Below are positions 10,302 through 20,134 of a stretch of 64,000 nt of DNA, piece after piece (within the stretch, counting starts at the first letter, position 1; the number at the start of each line of letters is the position of its first letter). The notes under the pieces are model-generated. The model worked only from the letters and a program-made list of their open reading frames with translations, was not told the DNA's origin and ran no database searches. The stretch comes from Flavobacterium sp. (lineage in GTDB: Bacteria > Bacteroidota > Bacteroidia > Flavobacteriales > Flavobacteriaceae), in assembly GCA_044361155.1 (NCBI GenBank), contig JBIKJF010000011.1, forward strand, positions 69 to 64,068, written 5' to 3'. Both the position numbers and the translations under genes were made by a program.

Positions 10302-11090
10302 TCAAAAACCTCTTTGTCTTTTGGCTTCAAAAATTAAAATTGCAGACGCAACGGAAACATTCATAGAATCGATTTCGCCTTGCATTGGAATGATTATATT
10401 TTGAGTTGCATTGTCGCGCCAAGCTTGTGTTAAACCTGTAGCTTCTGTACCAACAATTAGTGCTGTTGGAGTTGTATAATTTATTTCGTGATAGGAGTTT
10501 GAATTTTGTAAAGTTGCTCCATAAATATTGATGTTGTTTTGTTTTAAAAATGCAATAACTTCATCAGTTGTTCCAGACGCAATTTGATTAGTAAACAAGC
10601 ATCCAACGCTTGAACGCACAATATTTGGATTGTATAAATCGGTTTTTGGATTGGCTAAAATTACAGCATCAACTTTTGCAGCATCACATGTTCGTAGTAT
10701 TGCTCCAATGTTTCCTGGTTTTTCAATAGATTCCATTATAAGAATCAAAGGGTTTTTAGGTAATTTTAAATCTTGTAATTGTAACGATTTTGTTTTTGCA
10801 ATAGCAATAATTCCTTCTGTAGTATCGCGATAAGCTAGTTTTTGATAAACTTCTTTGATGATTTCGATGAGTTCAAATTTATTTTTAACTAATTTTTTTA
10901 ACTCATTTTCAGAAATTAATTCAGGTAAAAATAAAATCGTTTCAAGTTCGTAATTTCCTTTAATGGCAAGCTCGATTTCGCGTTTTCCTTCAATTAAAAA
11001 AGTACCTGATTGTTTTCGAGATTTGGCTTTTTCTTGAAGTTGAATTAAAGATTTTAGATATTGATTTTGTAAAGAAGTAATTTTTTTCAA
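10302..11090 (-). CDS. TrmH/SpoU family RNA methyltransferase
   Basis: EKPGNIGAILRT, GTEATGL, IPMQGEIDSMNVSVA. Confidence 0.93.
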   Translation of the reverse strand: MKKITSLQNQYLKSLIQLQEKAKSRKQSGTFLIEGKREIELAIKGNYELETILFLPELISENELKKLVKNKFELIEIIKEVYQKLAYRDTTEGIIAIAKTKSLQLQDLKLPKNPLILIMESIEKPGNIGAILRTCDAAKVDAVILANPKTDLYNPNIVRSSVGCLFTNQIASGTTDEVIAFLKQNNINIYGATLQNSNSYHEINYTTPTALIVGTEATGLTQAWRDNATQNIIIPMQGEIDSMNVSVASAILIFEAKRQRGF

Positions 11091-11148
11091 TGGAAATGTT
11101 ATTTTTTATCGCAAATATACTGCCTTTTTATTTTTTTCTTTCATGATA

Positions 11149-12951
11149 CTACTTTGTATAATAGAGGTAGCCAGTCATAGGCGCAGGATAGTCTTTATCG
11201 TTTAGGTATAAAATATAGTAGTAAGTACCTTTGGGCGAGTTGTTGTCATCAATTCTATAATTTTGATTAGAAAAACCGTTCCAGTCCTCGGTATTATTAT
11301 TCCCTTTCCAAATCAGTTTTCCCCACCGATTGTAGATATTGAGTTCAAAATTTAAAAAAACATTTCGCAATCCTTTTATAAAAAAACCTTCATTTAAATT
11401 ATCATAATTAGATGAAACATAATTGTAAACTAGCGGGGGACAATTTTTTGTAATTAAACTAAATGAAGTTATACCGTAACAATTAGAACTATTTATTCTA
11501 ACAAAAATTTCTTTAGGAGTTGCTGTTGCTGTGTACAATGAAGTATTGAAAATTTCATTTATTTGATTTTGAGCATCTGATAAAGTTTCATAAAAAGCCA
11601 CTTCATCTGATTGATTTATCTTAACTAATTCTTCATAATTTGAAAAATTGAAAGTACCACTTGAAAGTCCTTCATTGCAAACTGTCAAATCTTCTAAAGT
11701 ATTGAAATTTGGGACAACCCAAAAACTTAATAGTTCTGCATCGGAATTATTATTTTCAATTAATTCGGTTACAATTCCATTTCCATTTCCGTCATCGTCA
11801 ACAACAAAAGTTAGTTCAACTGTATTTGGTAATCCATCAGGAATCGTTATTGTTATTTGACTGTTCCAACTTCCGTTTATAGCAATTGGTAAAAGCGTTT
11901 CTGTATATTCTATAAATTGACCGTTTGCATAAATTGCTATTGGTGTTCCCGAAGGCAATTCATTGGTACTATTGGTGTTGTAAACTGTAAAATCAACTTC
12001 AATTATTTTAGAACTACATTCTTGTGTAATAGAATCGATACTAATTGTGGCATCTGCTAATTGACTATTTAATTTTGTTACAACGGTATTAATCATTACA
12101 AAATCTTGAGCAGAAGTAAGCTGAATTATTGCTGAAGTATCACCAATATTTATGTTATTTTCGATGCTGTAAATATCTAAATCCATATTGTACATATTGG
12201 CATTTCCTGTAACACTATTAGTTCCATTAAATGCATTATTTGCTGGATTTAATGGTGGATTACTAATGATATTTCCGTTTATCGAAAGTGTTTCGTTATT
12301 AGCAAGATTTCTATCGCCTTCCCAAGCTACAAATCCAATTTTTGCATCTGCATTATCGATTACATTTAAACTATTCAAATTAATAGTTAAAACACTTGGA
12401 ACATTTTGCAAACCATCATAAATATTAAGTTGATTTAATGGTAAAGCATCATTTTTGTATACAATTACAAGTGCCCAACCTGCAAAGTTGGTTCCGTTGA
12501 TGCAATAATCTTGTGGGTTTAAAAAACTAGAAACATCCAAATCAGATAAAGTATAAGTTGCGCTTCCAGTGGCTTGTACTAAAGGCGTTACATTTGCAAA
12601 AGCACTAAAAAAAGGTTTACCCATATTTGGCCATGTTAGTGCAAAAGTTCTTTCTGCAACAATTGGATTTCCGTTTAACGTTACATTAAAATCGCCAGTT
12701 CCAGAACCAGCCCAATATAAGTAAGCGCTTTCAATGACATCTCCAGAATTCATACTGTAGTTTTCTGAGGAACTTGTCAAAATGAGGCAAGGATCATTAG
12801 CACCATTTTCAGCAACGTTCATTGTATTTCCGACAAAAGTGAAATCATAACGTCCGTTAAATTGACTGTATAACGAAACGTTTTGTCCAAAAGTCGAACA
12901 AAAAGTTATCAAAATTATACTAAAAAACACGAATCGTAGTTTTAAATTCAC
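11149..12951 (-). CDS. T9SS type-B CTD (gliding motility-associated C-terminal domain) surface protein with CARDB-like domain
   Basis: Signal peptide; C-terminal NEGFFIKGL...IYNRWGKLIW...WNG...GTYYYIL...GYLY. Confidence 0.85.
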   Translation of the reverse strand: MNLKLRFVFFSIILITFCSTFGQNVSLYSQFNGRYDFTFVGNTMNVAENGANDPCLILTSSSENYSMNSGDVIESAYLYWAGSGTGDFNVTLNGNPIVAERTFALTWPNMGKPFFSAFANVTPLVQATGSATYTLSDLDVSSFLNPQDYCINGTNFAGWALVIVYKNDALPLNQLNIYDGLQNVPSVLTINLNSLNVIDNADAKIGFVAWEGDRNLANNETLSINGNIISNPPLNPANNAFNGTNSVTGNANMYNMDLDIYSIENNINIGDTSAIIQLTSAQDFVMINTVVTKLNSQLADATISIDSITQECSSKIIEVDFTVYNTNSTNELPSGTPIAIYANGQFIEYTETLLPIAINGSWNSQITITIPDGLPNTVELTFVVDDDGNGNGIVTELIENNNSDAELLSFWVVPNFNTLEDLTVCNEGLSSGTFNFSNYEELVKINQSDEVAFYETLSDAQNQINEIFNTSLYTATATPKEIFVRINSSNCYGITSFSLITKNCPPLVYNYVSSNYDNLNEGFFIKGLRNVFLNFELNIYNRWGKLIWKGNNNTEDWNGFSNQNYRIDDNNSPKGTYYYILYLNDKDYPAPMTGYLYYTK

Positions 12952-13026
12952 CTTTTATAAAAAATTGAGGTCTAAAATTAAGCATTTATTTTTAAATATA
13001 ACTACTTTTGAAAATGGAATGGGTTA

Positions 13027-14043
13027 GTGGAAATTGTCTCATTTTCTAAAGTTTTAAATTTTATTGTGAAGAATTACCAAGTAAGACAATACCAGCCAAA
13101 CGATTTTGAAATTTGGAATGCTTTTATAAGTGTTTCCAAAAATGCTACTTTTTTATTCCACAGAGATTTTATGGAGTATCATTCCGATCGATTTCAAGAT
13201 TTTTCATTACTGGTTTTTGATGATGAAAAATTAGTTGCTGTTTTACCCGCTAATAGAGTAGGAGAAGCACTTTTTTCACATCAAGGATTGACTTATGGAG
13301 GTTTGGTTTTAGGAGAAAATGCTAAGTTGAGTTCCACTATTTTAATTTTTCAAACAGTTTTAGATTTTCTGAAAAGTAATGGTATTGAAACATTAATAAT
13401 CAAAGAACTACCAAGTTTTTACTCGGATAATTTTTCTAATGAATTAGACTATTGCCTTTTTATTTTAAATGCCAAATTGATAAGGAAAGATTCCCTTTCT
13501 GTTATTGATTTGACAAAACCATATTTTATTACAAAAACGCGAAAAGAAAGTATTCGAAGAGGTCAGAAAAATAAATTGGTCATCAAAGAAGAATTGAATT
13601 TCGAGTTATTTTGGAATGAAATATTGATTCCAAATTTGGATAAAAAACATCAGGTTAAACCAGTTCATACTGTTGATGAAATTAAATTACTGCAAACCCG
13701 ATTTCCAAGAAACATTCGTCATTTTAATGTGTATCACAATGATAAAATTGTAGCTGGAACAACTGTATTTATAACCGATAAAGTAGCGCATCCTCAATAC
13801 ATTTCGGGAAACTCACAAAAAAATGAATTAGGAAGTTTAGATTATCTTTACCATTATTTGATTACAGAAGTTTTTAAAGATAAAAATTTCTTTGATTTTG
13901 GAATTTCCAATGAAGCACAAGGAACAAAAATAAATGAAGGTTTGCTTTTTTGGAAGGAATCCTTTGGAGCCAAAACAGTTACGCAAGGGTTTTATGAAGT
14001 TGAAACTAAAAATTATAAATCATTAGAATCGGTTTTGATATGA
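13027..14043 (+). CDS. GNAT/FemAB-like acyltransferase of glycan locus
   Basis: ATFLFHRDFMEYH, SHQGLTYGG, FDFGISNE...GLLFWKESFGA (FemABX-like C-terminal motif). Confidence 0.75.
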   Translation: MEIVSFSKVLNFIVKNYQVRQYQPNDFEIWNAFISVSKNATFLFHRDFMEYHSDRFQDFSLLVFDDEKLVAVLPANRVGEALFSHQGLTYGGLVLGENAKLSSTILIFQTVLDFLKSNGIETLIIKELPSFYSDNFSNELDYCLFILNAKLIRKDSLSVIDLTKPYFITKTRKESIRRGQKNKLVIKEELNFELFWNEILIPNLDKKHQVKPVHTVDEIKLLQTRFPRNIRHFNVYHNDKIVAGTTVFITDKVAHPQYISGNSQKNELGSLDYLYHYLITEVFKDKNFFDFGISNEAQGTKINEGLLFWKESFGAKTVTQGFYEVETKNYKSLESVLI

Positions 14044-15158
14044 TTAAATTTCTCGATTTACAAAAAATAAATGCACAATATCAGGAGCAATTTCAAGAAA
14101 AATTGAAGTTGGTTTTAGATAAAGGCTGGTTTATTTTGGGCGATGAAGTCAAGTTATTTGAAACTAATTTTGCCACCTATTGTGGGACAAAATATTGTAT
14201 TGGAGTTGGAAATGGTTTGGATGCTATATTTTTAATTTTAAAAGGTTATATAACTCTCGGTAAACTTCAAAAAGGTGACGAAGTTATTGTTCCAGCAAAT
14301 ACCTATATTGCTAGTGTTTTAGCTATTTTACAAGCTGATTTAGTTCCGGTTTTAGTTGAGCCTGATATTGAAACTTACAACATCAATCCTAGTTTAATTG
14401 AAGCAAAAATTACGGATAAAACCAAAGCTATTTTACCTGTTCATTTATATGGTCAGTTGTGTGAAATGGACAAAATAAATGACATAGCATTAAAATATGA
14501 TTTATTGGTAATTGTAGATGCGGCTCAAGCGCATGGAGTATTCAAAAATCAAAAATCAAATAACAACTGTCACACTGAGCTTGTCGAAGTGCGCAACCCA
14601 TCTGCGTATAGTTTTTATCCTGGTAAAAATCTTGGTGCTTTAGGTGATGGAGGTGCAATTACTACTAATGATGATGATTTGTATAAAGCCATTTTATCTT
14701 TAAGAAATTATGGTTCAGAGAAAAAATATCATAATGAATTTATCGGAATCAATTCCAGATTAGACGAACTTCAAGCAGCTTTTTTAAATGTAAAATTGCC
14801 AAATTTAGACGCAGATAACGATAAAAGAAGAAGTATTGCCAAACGTTATTTGTCTGAAATTAAAAACTATAAAATCGTTTTGCCAACTTGGGATTTCTCC
14901 AACAATCATGTTTTTCATTTGTTTGTTGTAAGAACAGAAAATCGTCATGAATTTCAAGAATATTTATCTAAAAATAGTATAGAAACAGTAATTCATTATC
15001 CAATTCCACCTCATAAACAAAAGTGTTTTCAGAGTTGGAATTCCTTATCGTTTCCAATTACCGAAAAGATTCATGAAGAAGTTTTGAGTTTGCCAATTTC
15101 TCCTGTAATGACTTCACAAGAAGTTGATTATGTAATTCAAATTATAAACAACTATTAA
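14040..15158 (+). CDS. DegT/DnrJ/EryC1/StrS aminotransferase (FdtB/QdtB-like)
   Basis: GVGNGLDA, PVHLYGQ, DAAQAHG, SFYPGKNLGALGDGG, NSRLDELQAA; coupled to the upstream gene by an ATGA overlap. Confidence 0.93.
   Translation: MIKFLDLQKINAQYQEQFQEKLKLVLDKGWFILGDEVKLFETNFATYCGTKYCIGVGNGLDAIFLILKGYITLGKLQKGDEVIVPANTYIASVLAILQADLVPVLVEPDIETYNINPSLIEAKITDKTKAILPVHLYGQLCEMDKINDIALKYDLLVIVDAAQAHGVFKNQKSNNNCHTELVEVRNPSAYSFYPGKNLGALGDGGAITTNDDDLYKAILSLRNYGSEKKYHNEFIGINSRLDELQAAFLNVKLPNLDADNDKRRSIAKRYLSEIKNYKIVLPTWDFSNNHVFHLFVVRTENRHEFQEYLSKNSIETVIHYPIPPHKQKCFQSWNSLSFPITEKIHEEVLSLPISPVMTSQEVDYVIQIINNY
14569..14591 (+). repeat. REP-like palindrome inside the DegT coding sequence
   Basis: GTCACACTGAGCTTGTCGAAGTG, near-identical to the intergenic copy at 26074-26097. 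Confidence 0.75.
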
Positions 15159-16445
15159 TTGAATTTTATTAAAAACATAGTCAACTCTAATTTGTTTAAA
15201 GTCACCTCTTTAAATAGTATTAGTATTTTTATAAAGATTTTAGTTGGATTCGTAACTTCCAAAGTTATTGCCATTTTTGTCGGTCCGAGTGGAATGGCAT
15301 TAGTTGGTAATTTACGAAATTTCATGAGTTCTTTAGAAGCATTTTCAACATTAGGATTTGAAAATGGAGTAGTGAAATATGTCTCAGAAAACAAATCGGA
15401 CGAGGCAAAACTGCGAATTACTTTATCAACAGTTTTTTTTAGCGTTTTAGTTTCATGTTTGATAGTTTCGGTTAGTTTATTTTCATTTTCTGAATATTTC
15501 AACGCTAAGATTTTCGGACATTTAGAGTACAGCTATTTAATTAAAGCACTTATTATAATCATTCCTTTTTACATTGGGAATATTTTTTTAGTTGCCGTAA
15601 TAAATGGTTTAGGAAAGTATAGAAAAGTGATTTTAATTAATATTTTAGGTTCTCTACTTGGGCTATTTGTTACTATAATATTAATTACTCAATTTCAGGT
15701 TTCTGGAGCTTTATTTTCAATTGTTATTACACCTTCATTGTTGTTTTTTGTATCTTTTTATTTTATTAATAAAGAACTAAAGATTTTAAAATTCATTAGC
15801 AAAAAAGAAGTGAAGTTTGTTGCGTTAAAGAATTTTTCTTCATTTACTATAATGGCTTTGGTTTCTTCTGTTTTTGGACCTTTAGTTTTACTTTCCATCA
15901 GAAATCATGTTATTGGTTCACTTGGAATAGATGCTGCTGGCTATTGGGAAGGATTGAACAGAATATCGTCGTATTATTTTTTATTCATTACTTCAATTCT
16001 GGGTATTTACTTTTTGCCTAAACTTTCAAATTCCAAATCTGTTAGAGAAACAAATTCCCTTATTATTTCCTATTTCAAAACGGTTCTTCCCATATTTGTT
16101 GCAGGTTTAATTGTAATTTTTATCTTTAAAGATGTTATCATTCAGTTACTTTTTACTAAAGACTTTTCTCCAATGAGTACACTATTTTTTTGGCAAATAG
16201 TAGGTGATATTTTAAAAGCAGCTTCTTACATTTTAGCTTTTCAATTTTATGCAAAAAAAATGACAAAAGCGTTTGTTTTATTTGAAATAGCGTCTCTTGC
16301 AGTACTTTATTTTTCGAGTATATATTTTATTTCAATCTATCAAATAGAAGGTGTAGTAATTGCTCATGCTTTTACTTATGTCATTTATTTTGTTGCTTTG
16401 GTGGTTTATTTTAGAAGAAATTTATTTTTAAAGGCAAGTAGTTAA
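15159..16445 (+). CDS. wzx: O-antigen translocase (Wzx, WzxE-like)
   Basis: Polytopic membrane protein with about 12 hydrophobic segments; GPSGMALVGNLRNF, AAGYWEGLNRIS, WQIVGDILKAAS. Confidence 0.88.
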   Translation: MNFIKNIVNSNLFKVTSLNSISIFIKILVGFVTSKVIAIFVGPSGMALVGNLRNFMSSLEAFSTLGFENGVVKYVSENKSDEAKLRITLSTVFFSVLVSCLIVSVSLFSFSEYFNAKIFGHLEYSYLIKALIIIIPFYIGNIFLVAVINGLGKYRKVILINILGSLLGLFVTIILITQFQVSGALFSIVITPSLLFFVSFYFINKELKILKFISKKEVKFVALKNFSSFTIMALVSSVFGPLVLLSIRNHVIGSLGIDAAGYWEGLNRISSYYFLFITSILGIYFLPKLSNSKSVRETNSLIISYFKTVLPIFVAGLIVIFIFKDVIIQLLFTKDFSPMSTLFFWQIVGDILKAASYILAFQFYAKKMTKAFVLFEIASLAVLYFSSIYFISIYQIEGVVIAHAFTYVIYFVALVVYFRRNLFLKASS

Positions 16446-16520
16446 TTAAGTTCTAAATTATCTCATTTATTTAATGAATTTTCAAATTTTTCTGTTTTGA
16501 AATTATTGTTTTACTTTTAA

Positions 16521-17804
16521 TTATATTTCCTTTTTTCTAAAGAAATAGCTAACACAATTTCCAATTAATACATACCCTAATAACATAAACGGCATGTACC
16601 AAACTATGAAATTCATGTGGGTATGAATAAATGAATGACTTTTAAAGATTGTAAACCATGATAATGGCGCAAGAATAGAAACCCAAAGTGTGATTGTTAA
16701 TCCTAAAGTTTTTTTGGATTTGTATTTTGATAAAGTAAATATTGTTGCAATTATTAAAACACAAATACATTGAAAAAAGCTTACACTTAAATCGAGATCA
16801 TGGTATTTAAATACAAATTGATTTCCTTCAAAATATATTTTTAAAACATCCAAAACAGCACTTTTCATCGATTGATTATATACAGGGTCAAGGTACTTGC
16901 TAGGATTATCATAACTTCTTCTTAAAAAGGTTTCCATTAAATAATTCCAGCCATTTAGTTTTTGACTGTTTAAATGTGAAAGTTGAAGGAGTAATACAGC
17001 AAGTGACATGACAATTCCAATAATAGCTCCAAAAGCTGCACTAGATGATATCTTTAAAAATTTTAAAAAGCTCCAATTATCTGATATACTATAAAAAATG
17101 ACTGGCATTATAAACATTATTAACGTTGTTGTAATGTATTCATATCCAGTAAAAAAGCATTTAATAAAGATTAAAACACTTGAAAATAATCCAATTTTAG
17201 TCAAAGATAATTGTATGGTTCTACTTTTTTCAAAATATCTTAAAAGCAAAATAAATGGTAAATAAAACGACCATAAACTCCACCAAATATTTTTACTAAA
17301 AATGATAATCCAATAAGACGAAATAATTAAAATTAAAGTAATTAAAGAAGTAATTAATCCGAATTGTTGCACAACCCATTTCAAAAATAAAGTAAAAATT
17401 AAACTTGTTAAACCTGCAGTTATGAGGTAAAAAAACATCAAATTGCATTCATTTGAAAACGGTGATATTTTATCAAGAAATGAGAATAAAATCGCTTGAC
17501 CACCAATTTGACTAAAATAAGTTGTGTAGTTTTCTTTTGGAGCAGCTTTATTATTTATGTAAATGTCATATTGATTTGTATCAATAAATGTTCCATAAGT
17601 CCCAGTTAAACCGCTTTCATAAAAGATGCCTTCGCGTTCTGAAAGTGCTAATTTTCCTATTACTAATGATTCAGAATCTTTTTGAAAATCCTCAAAATTA
17701 GTGTTTAAAATCCCAAATAAATTTGTGAAAAATACTGTTGTAAGAATCAGGAATGACAGTAAATAATAAATAGTTAACTTACTGAGCCTTGTCATATTTA
17801 TCAA
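16521..17804 (-). CDS. Polytopic membrane protein, probable GT-C-type glycosyltransferase/modification enzyme
   Basis: Many hydrophobic segments with periplasmic loops (DFQKDSESLV, YFSQIGGQ, GYEYIT, HSFIHTHMN); overlaps the upstream GtrB-like gene. Confidence 0.5.
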   Translation of the reverse strand: MINMTRLSKLTIYYLLSFLILTTVFFTNLFGILNTNFEDFQKDSESLVIGKLALSEREGIFYESGLTGTYGTFIDTNQYDIYINNKAAPKENYTTYFSQIGGQAILFSFLDKISPFSNECNLMFFYLITAGLTSLIFTLFLKWVVQQFGLITSLITLILIISSYWIIIFSKNIWWSLWSFYLPFILLLRYFEKSRTIQLSLTKIGLFSSVLIFIKCFFTGYEYITTTLIMFIMPVIFYSISDNWSFLKFLKISSSAAFGAIIGIVMSLAVLLLQLSHLNSQKLNGWNYLMETFLRRSYDNPSKYLDPVYNQSMKSAVLDVLKIYFEGNQFVFKYHDLDLSVSFFQCICVLIIATIFTLSKYKSKKTLGLTITLWVSILAPLSWFTIFKSHSFIHTHMNFIVWYMPFMLLGYVLIGNCVSYFFRKKEI

Positions 17805-18711
17805 TTTGTAATTTTATGTTTTTCTTGTCTATATTGGTGATTAAATCTAAAATTAAACCACAACAAAAAAGCAATAATGACATGATTATTAAACTTATAG
17901 CTAAAATTGCTGTTGGAACTTTATAGACATATCTATATTCGATATATTCATAAACTGGAAATGATGAAAGTACACAACCAACTATGAAAAATACTGATGA
18001 AAATAAAGTAAAAAATGACAAGGGTTTATACAAACGATACAGTTTAAAAATCGTTTTTATCACTTTAAATCCATCTGAAAATGTATTTAGTTTAGAAATA
18101 CTTCCCTCAGGTCTATCATTATATTGTATTGGAACTTCTTTTACGATTAAATTGTAATTTAATGAAAAAAGCGTTAAATCTGTTTCTAGTTCAAATCCTT
18201 TGACTAAAGTTGAATAATTTTTTACAAATGCTTTATTAAAAACTCTGTAACCACTTAAAATATCATCTAATCTTGAATTGAAAATAGTATTTATTAACCA
18301 TTTTATCAGCCAATTCCCAAAACCATGAAATTTTCTTTTGTTGTTATTTTGATAGGATTTATTTGTAATTCTATCACCAACAACCATATGAGCTTCATTT
18401 TCTTCTAATTCGCTAATCAATTTTAACACTTCTGAAGCTGGATAGGTATCATCACCATCAACCATTACATAAATATCGGCATCAATGGTATTAAAAAGTT
18501 TTAAAACGGCATTTCCTTTTCCTTTTCTGAATTCTTTTAAAACTTTTGCACCTGATTTTTTGGCTAGCTCAGCAGTTTTATCAATTGAATTGTTATCGCA
18601 AACATAAATTTCTGCATTGGGCAAAACAGCTTGAAAATCAGTTACTACTTTTTCAATTGTTTTTTCTTCATTTAAACAAGGAATTAATATGGCTATTTTA
18701 TTATTTGTCAT
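17779..18711 (-). CDS. GT2 polyprenyl-phosphate glycosyltransferase (GtrB/DPM1-like)
   Basis: IPCLNEE, DNNSIDKT, VMVDGDDTY, DILSGYR, two C-terminal TM helices. Confidence 0.88.
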   Translation of the reverse strand: MTNNKIAILIPCLNEEKTIEKVVTDFQAVLPNAEIYVCDNNSIDKTAELAKKSGAKVLKEFRKGKGNAVLKLFNTIDADIYVMVDGDDTYPASEVLKLISELEENEAHMVVGDRITNKSYQNNNKRKFHGFGNWLIKWLINTIFNSRLDDILSGYRVFNKAFVKNYSTLVKGFELETDLTLFSLNYNLIVKEVPIQYNDRPEGSISKLNTFSDGFKVIKTIFKLYRLYKPLSFFTLFSSVFFIVGCVLSSFPVYEYIEYRYVYKVPTAILAISLIIMSLLLFCCGLILDLITNIDKKNIKLQIDKYDKAQ

Positions 18712-19598
18712 GTTGTTACTATTTTAAATCTAACCAATATTTCCAAATGAATGTATTTTAGAACTAAACTGTAATGTGAGTTTTTTAAATTTAGTAAAAT
18801 TTCAAAATGAACTCTTTTCATTAAAGCACGATGTTCTTCACTTGTTTTATTTAATGCTAAAGCTTTTTTAAGAATGATGAAAGTTGAAAGATTGATTTCA
18901 TGCTTTTTTTTGTAAAATTTTGTACCATGCGAATTTTCAACGATTCTTTTTTGTACAATCGGAGCATCTATAAAATCAAATTCATAAATTCTTGAAGCTC
19001 TTATCCAAAAATCTAAATCTTCATAAAATAGAGATTCATCGTAACCATTTAGTTTGTCATAGACCTCTTTTTTTATCATAGAAGAAACAGCACACATTGA
19101 TGCGCCACCTCCAGCAAGAATTCTTAAATATTCATCACCACTGGTTCTTTCTTTGATAAGTTTTAAGTTTTCATCTACAGGAAAATAATAGGAAGAATGA
19201 TTTCCTCTTTCATCAATTAATTCAGCATTTCCATAGACAATTCCAAGGTTTTTATAATCGCTGTTTTGAAATTTTTCTATTTGTAATTCGACACACTTTA
19301 GATTTAATACATCATCTGCCGCCAAATCAATAATATAGTCACCTTTAGCAAGATTAAGTGCTTTGTTAAAAGTTTTTGTATTACCAATATTTTTATCATT
19401 TTTTATAAAAGCAACCGCTTGATTAGTTTCTAACCAATGGGTAATAACTTTTACTGAATCATCGGAACTAAAGTCATCAACAATAATAATTTCAATAGAA
19501 GGGTAGGTTTGATTTTTTATAGAGTTCAAGCATTCAATCACAAATTCACTATGATTGTAATTCATACAGATAACAGAAACAAGAGGGAAATTTGTCAT
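18708..19598 (-). CDS. GT2 glycosyltransferase
   Basis: VSVICMNYNH, VDDFSSDDS, DLAADD, EDLDFWIR. Confidence 0.9.
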   Translation of the reverse strand: MTNFPLVSVICMNYNHSEFVIECLNSIKNQTYPSIEIIIVDDFSSDDSVKVITHWLETNQAVAFIKNDKNIGNTKTFNKALNLAKGDYIIDLAADDVLNLKCVELQIEKFQNSDYKNLGIVYGNAELIDERGNHSSYYFPVDENLKLIKERTSGDEYLRILAGGGASMCAVSSMIKKEVYDKLNGYDESLFYEDLDFWIRASRIYEFDFIDAPIVQKRIVENSHGTKFYKKKHEINLSTFIILKKALALNKTSEEHRALMKRVHFEILLNLKNSHYSLVLKYIHLEILVRFKIVTT

Positions 19599-19729
19599 TG
19601 AAATAAAGTAATTGAGGCAAAAATCAATTTTGTAAAAGTATGAATTTTGTATAAATTGAAGATAGAATTTGATTTATTTCTAAACAATCAAATAAAAATG
19701 CTATTTTTGATTTATTCTTTTTATAAAAT

Positions 19730-20134
19730 ATGACCACATTACAAGATATTTCACTAATAAATTTACCTGTTGTAGAAGATGCCAGAGGTAATTTAGCCTA
19801 CATTCAACCAGGTATTTTGCCTTTTGATTTTAAGAGAGTTTATTATCTTTTTGATGTACCAAGTTCTTCGTTTCGTGGTGGTCATTGTCATATCAATCAG
19901 CTAGCAGTTTTAATTGCTTTAAGTGGAAGTTTTGAGGTCGTTCTTGATGATGGAAAAAACAAAAAAACTATTTTGTTAAACAAACCCAATGTAGGATTAC
20001 TTATTCCAAGGCAAATTTGGAGAGAATTGCAAAACTTTTCTTCGGGCTCGGTTTGCTTAGTTTTAGCTTCAGATGTTTTTGATGAAAATGATTATATAAG
20101 AGATTATAACGTCTTTTTAGAAAGTAAAAAATGA
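19730..20134 (+). CDS. FdtA/QdtA (WxcM-like) cupin sugar 3,4-ketoisomerase
   Basis: DARGNL, KRVYYLFDVP, RGGHCH, GSFEVVLDDG, CLVLASDVFDENDYIR. Confidence 0.92.
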   Translation: MTTLQDISLINLPVVEDARGNLAYIQPGILPFDFKRVYYLFDVPSSSFRGGHCHINQLAVLIALSGSFEVVLDDGKNKKTILLNKPNVGLLIPRQIWRELQNFSSGSVCLVLASDVFDENDYIRDYNVFLESKK

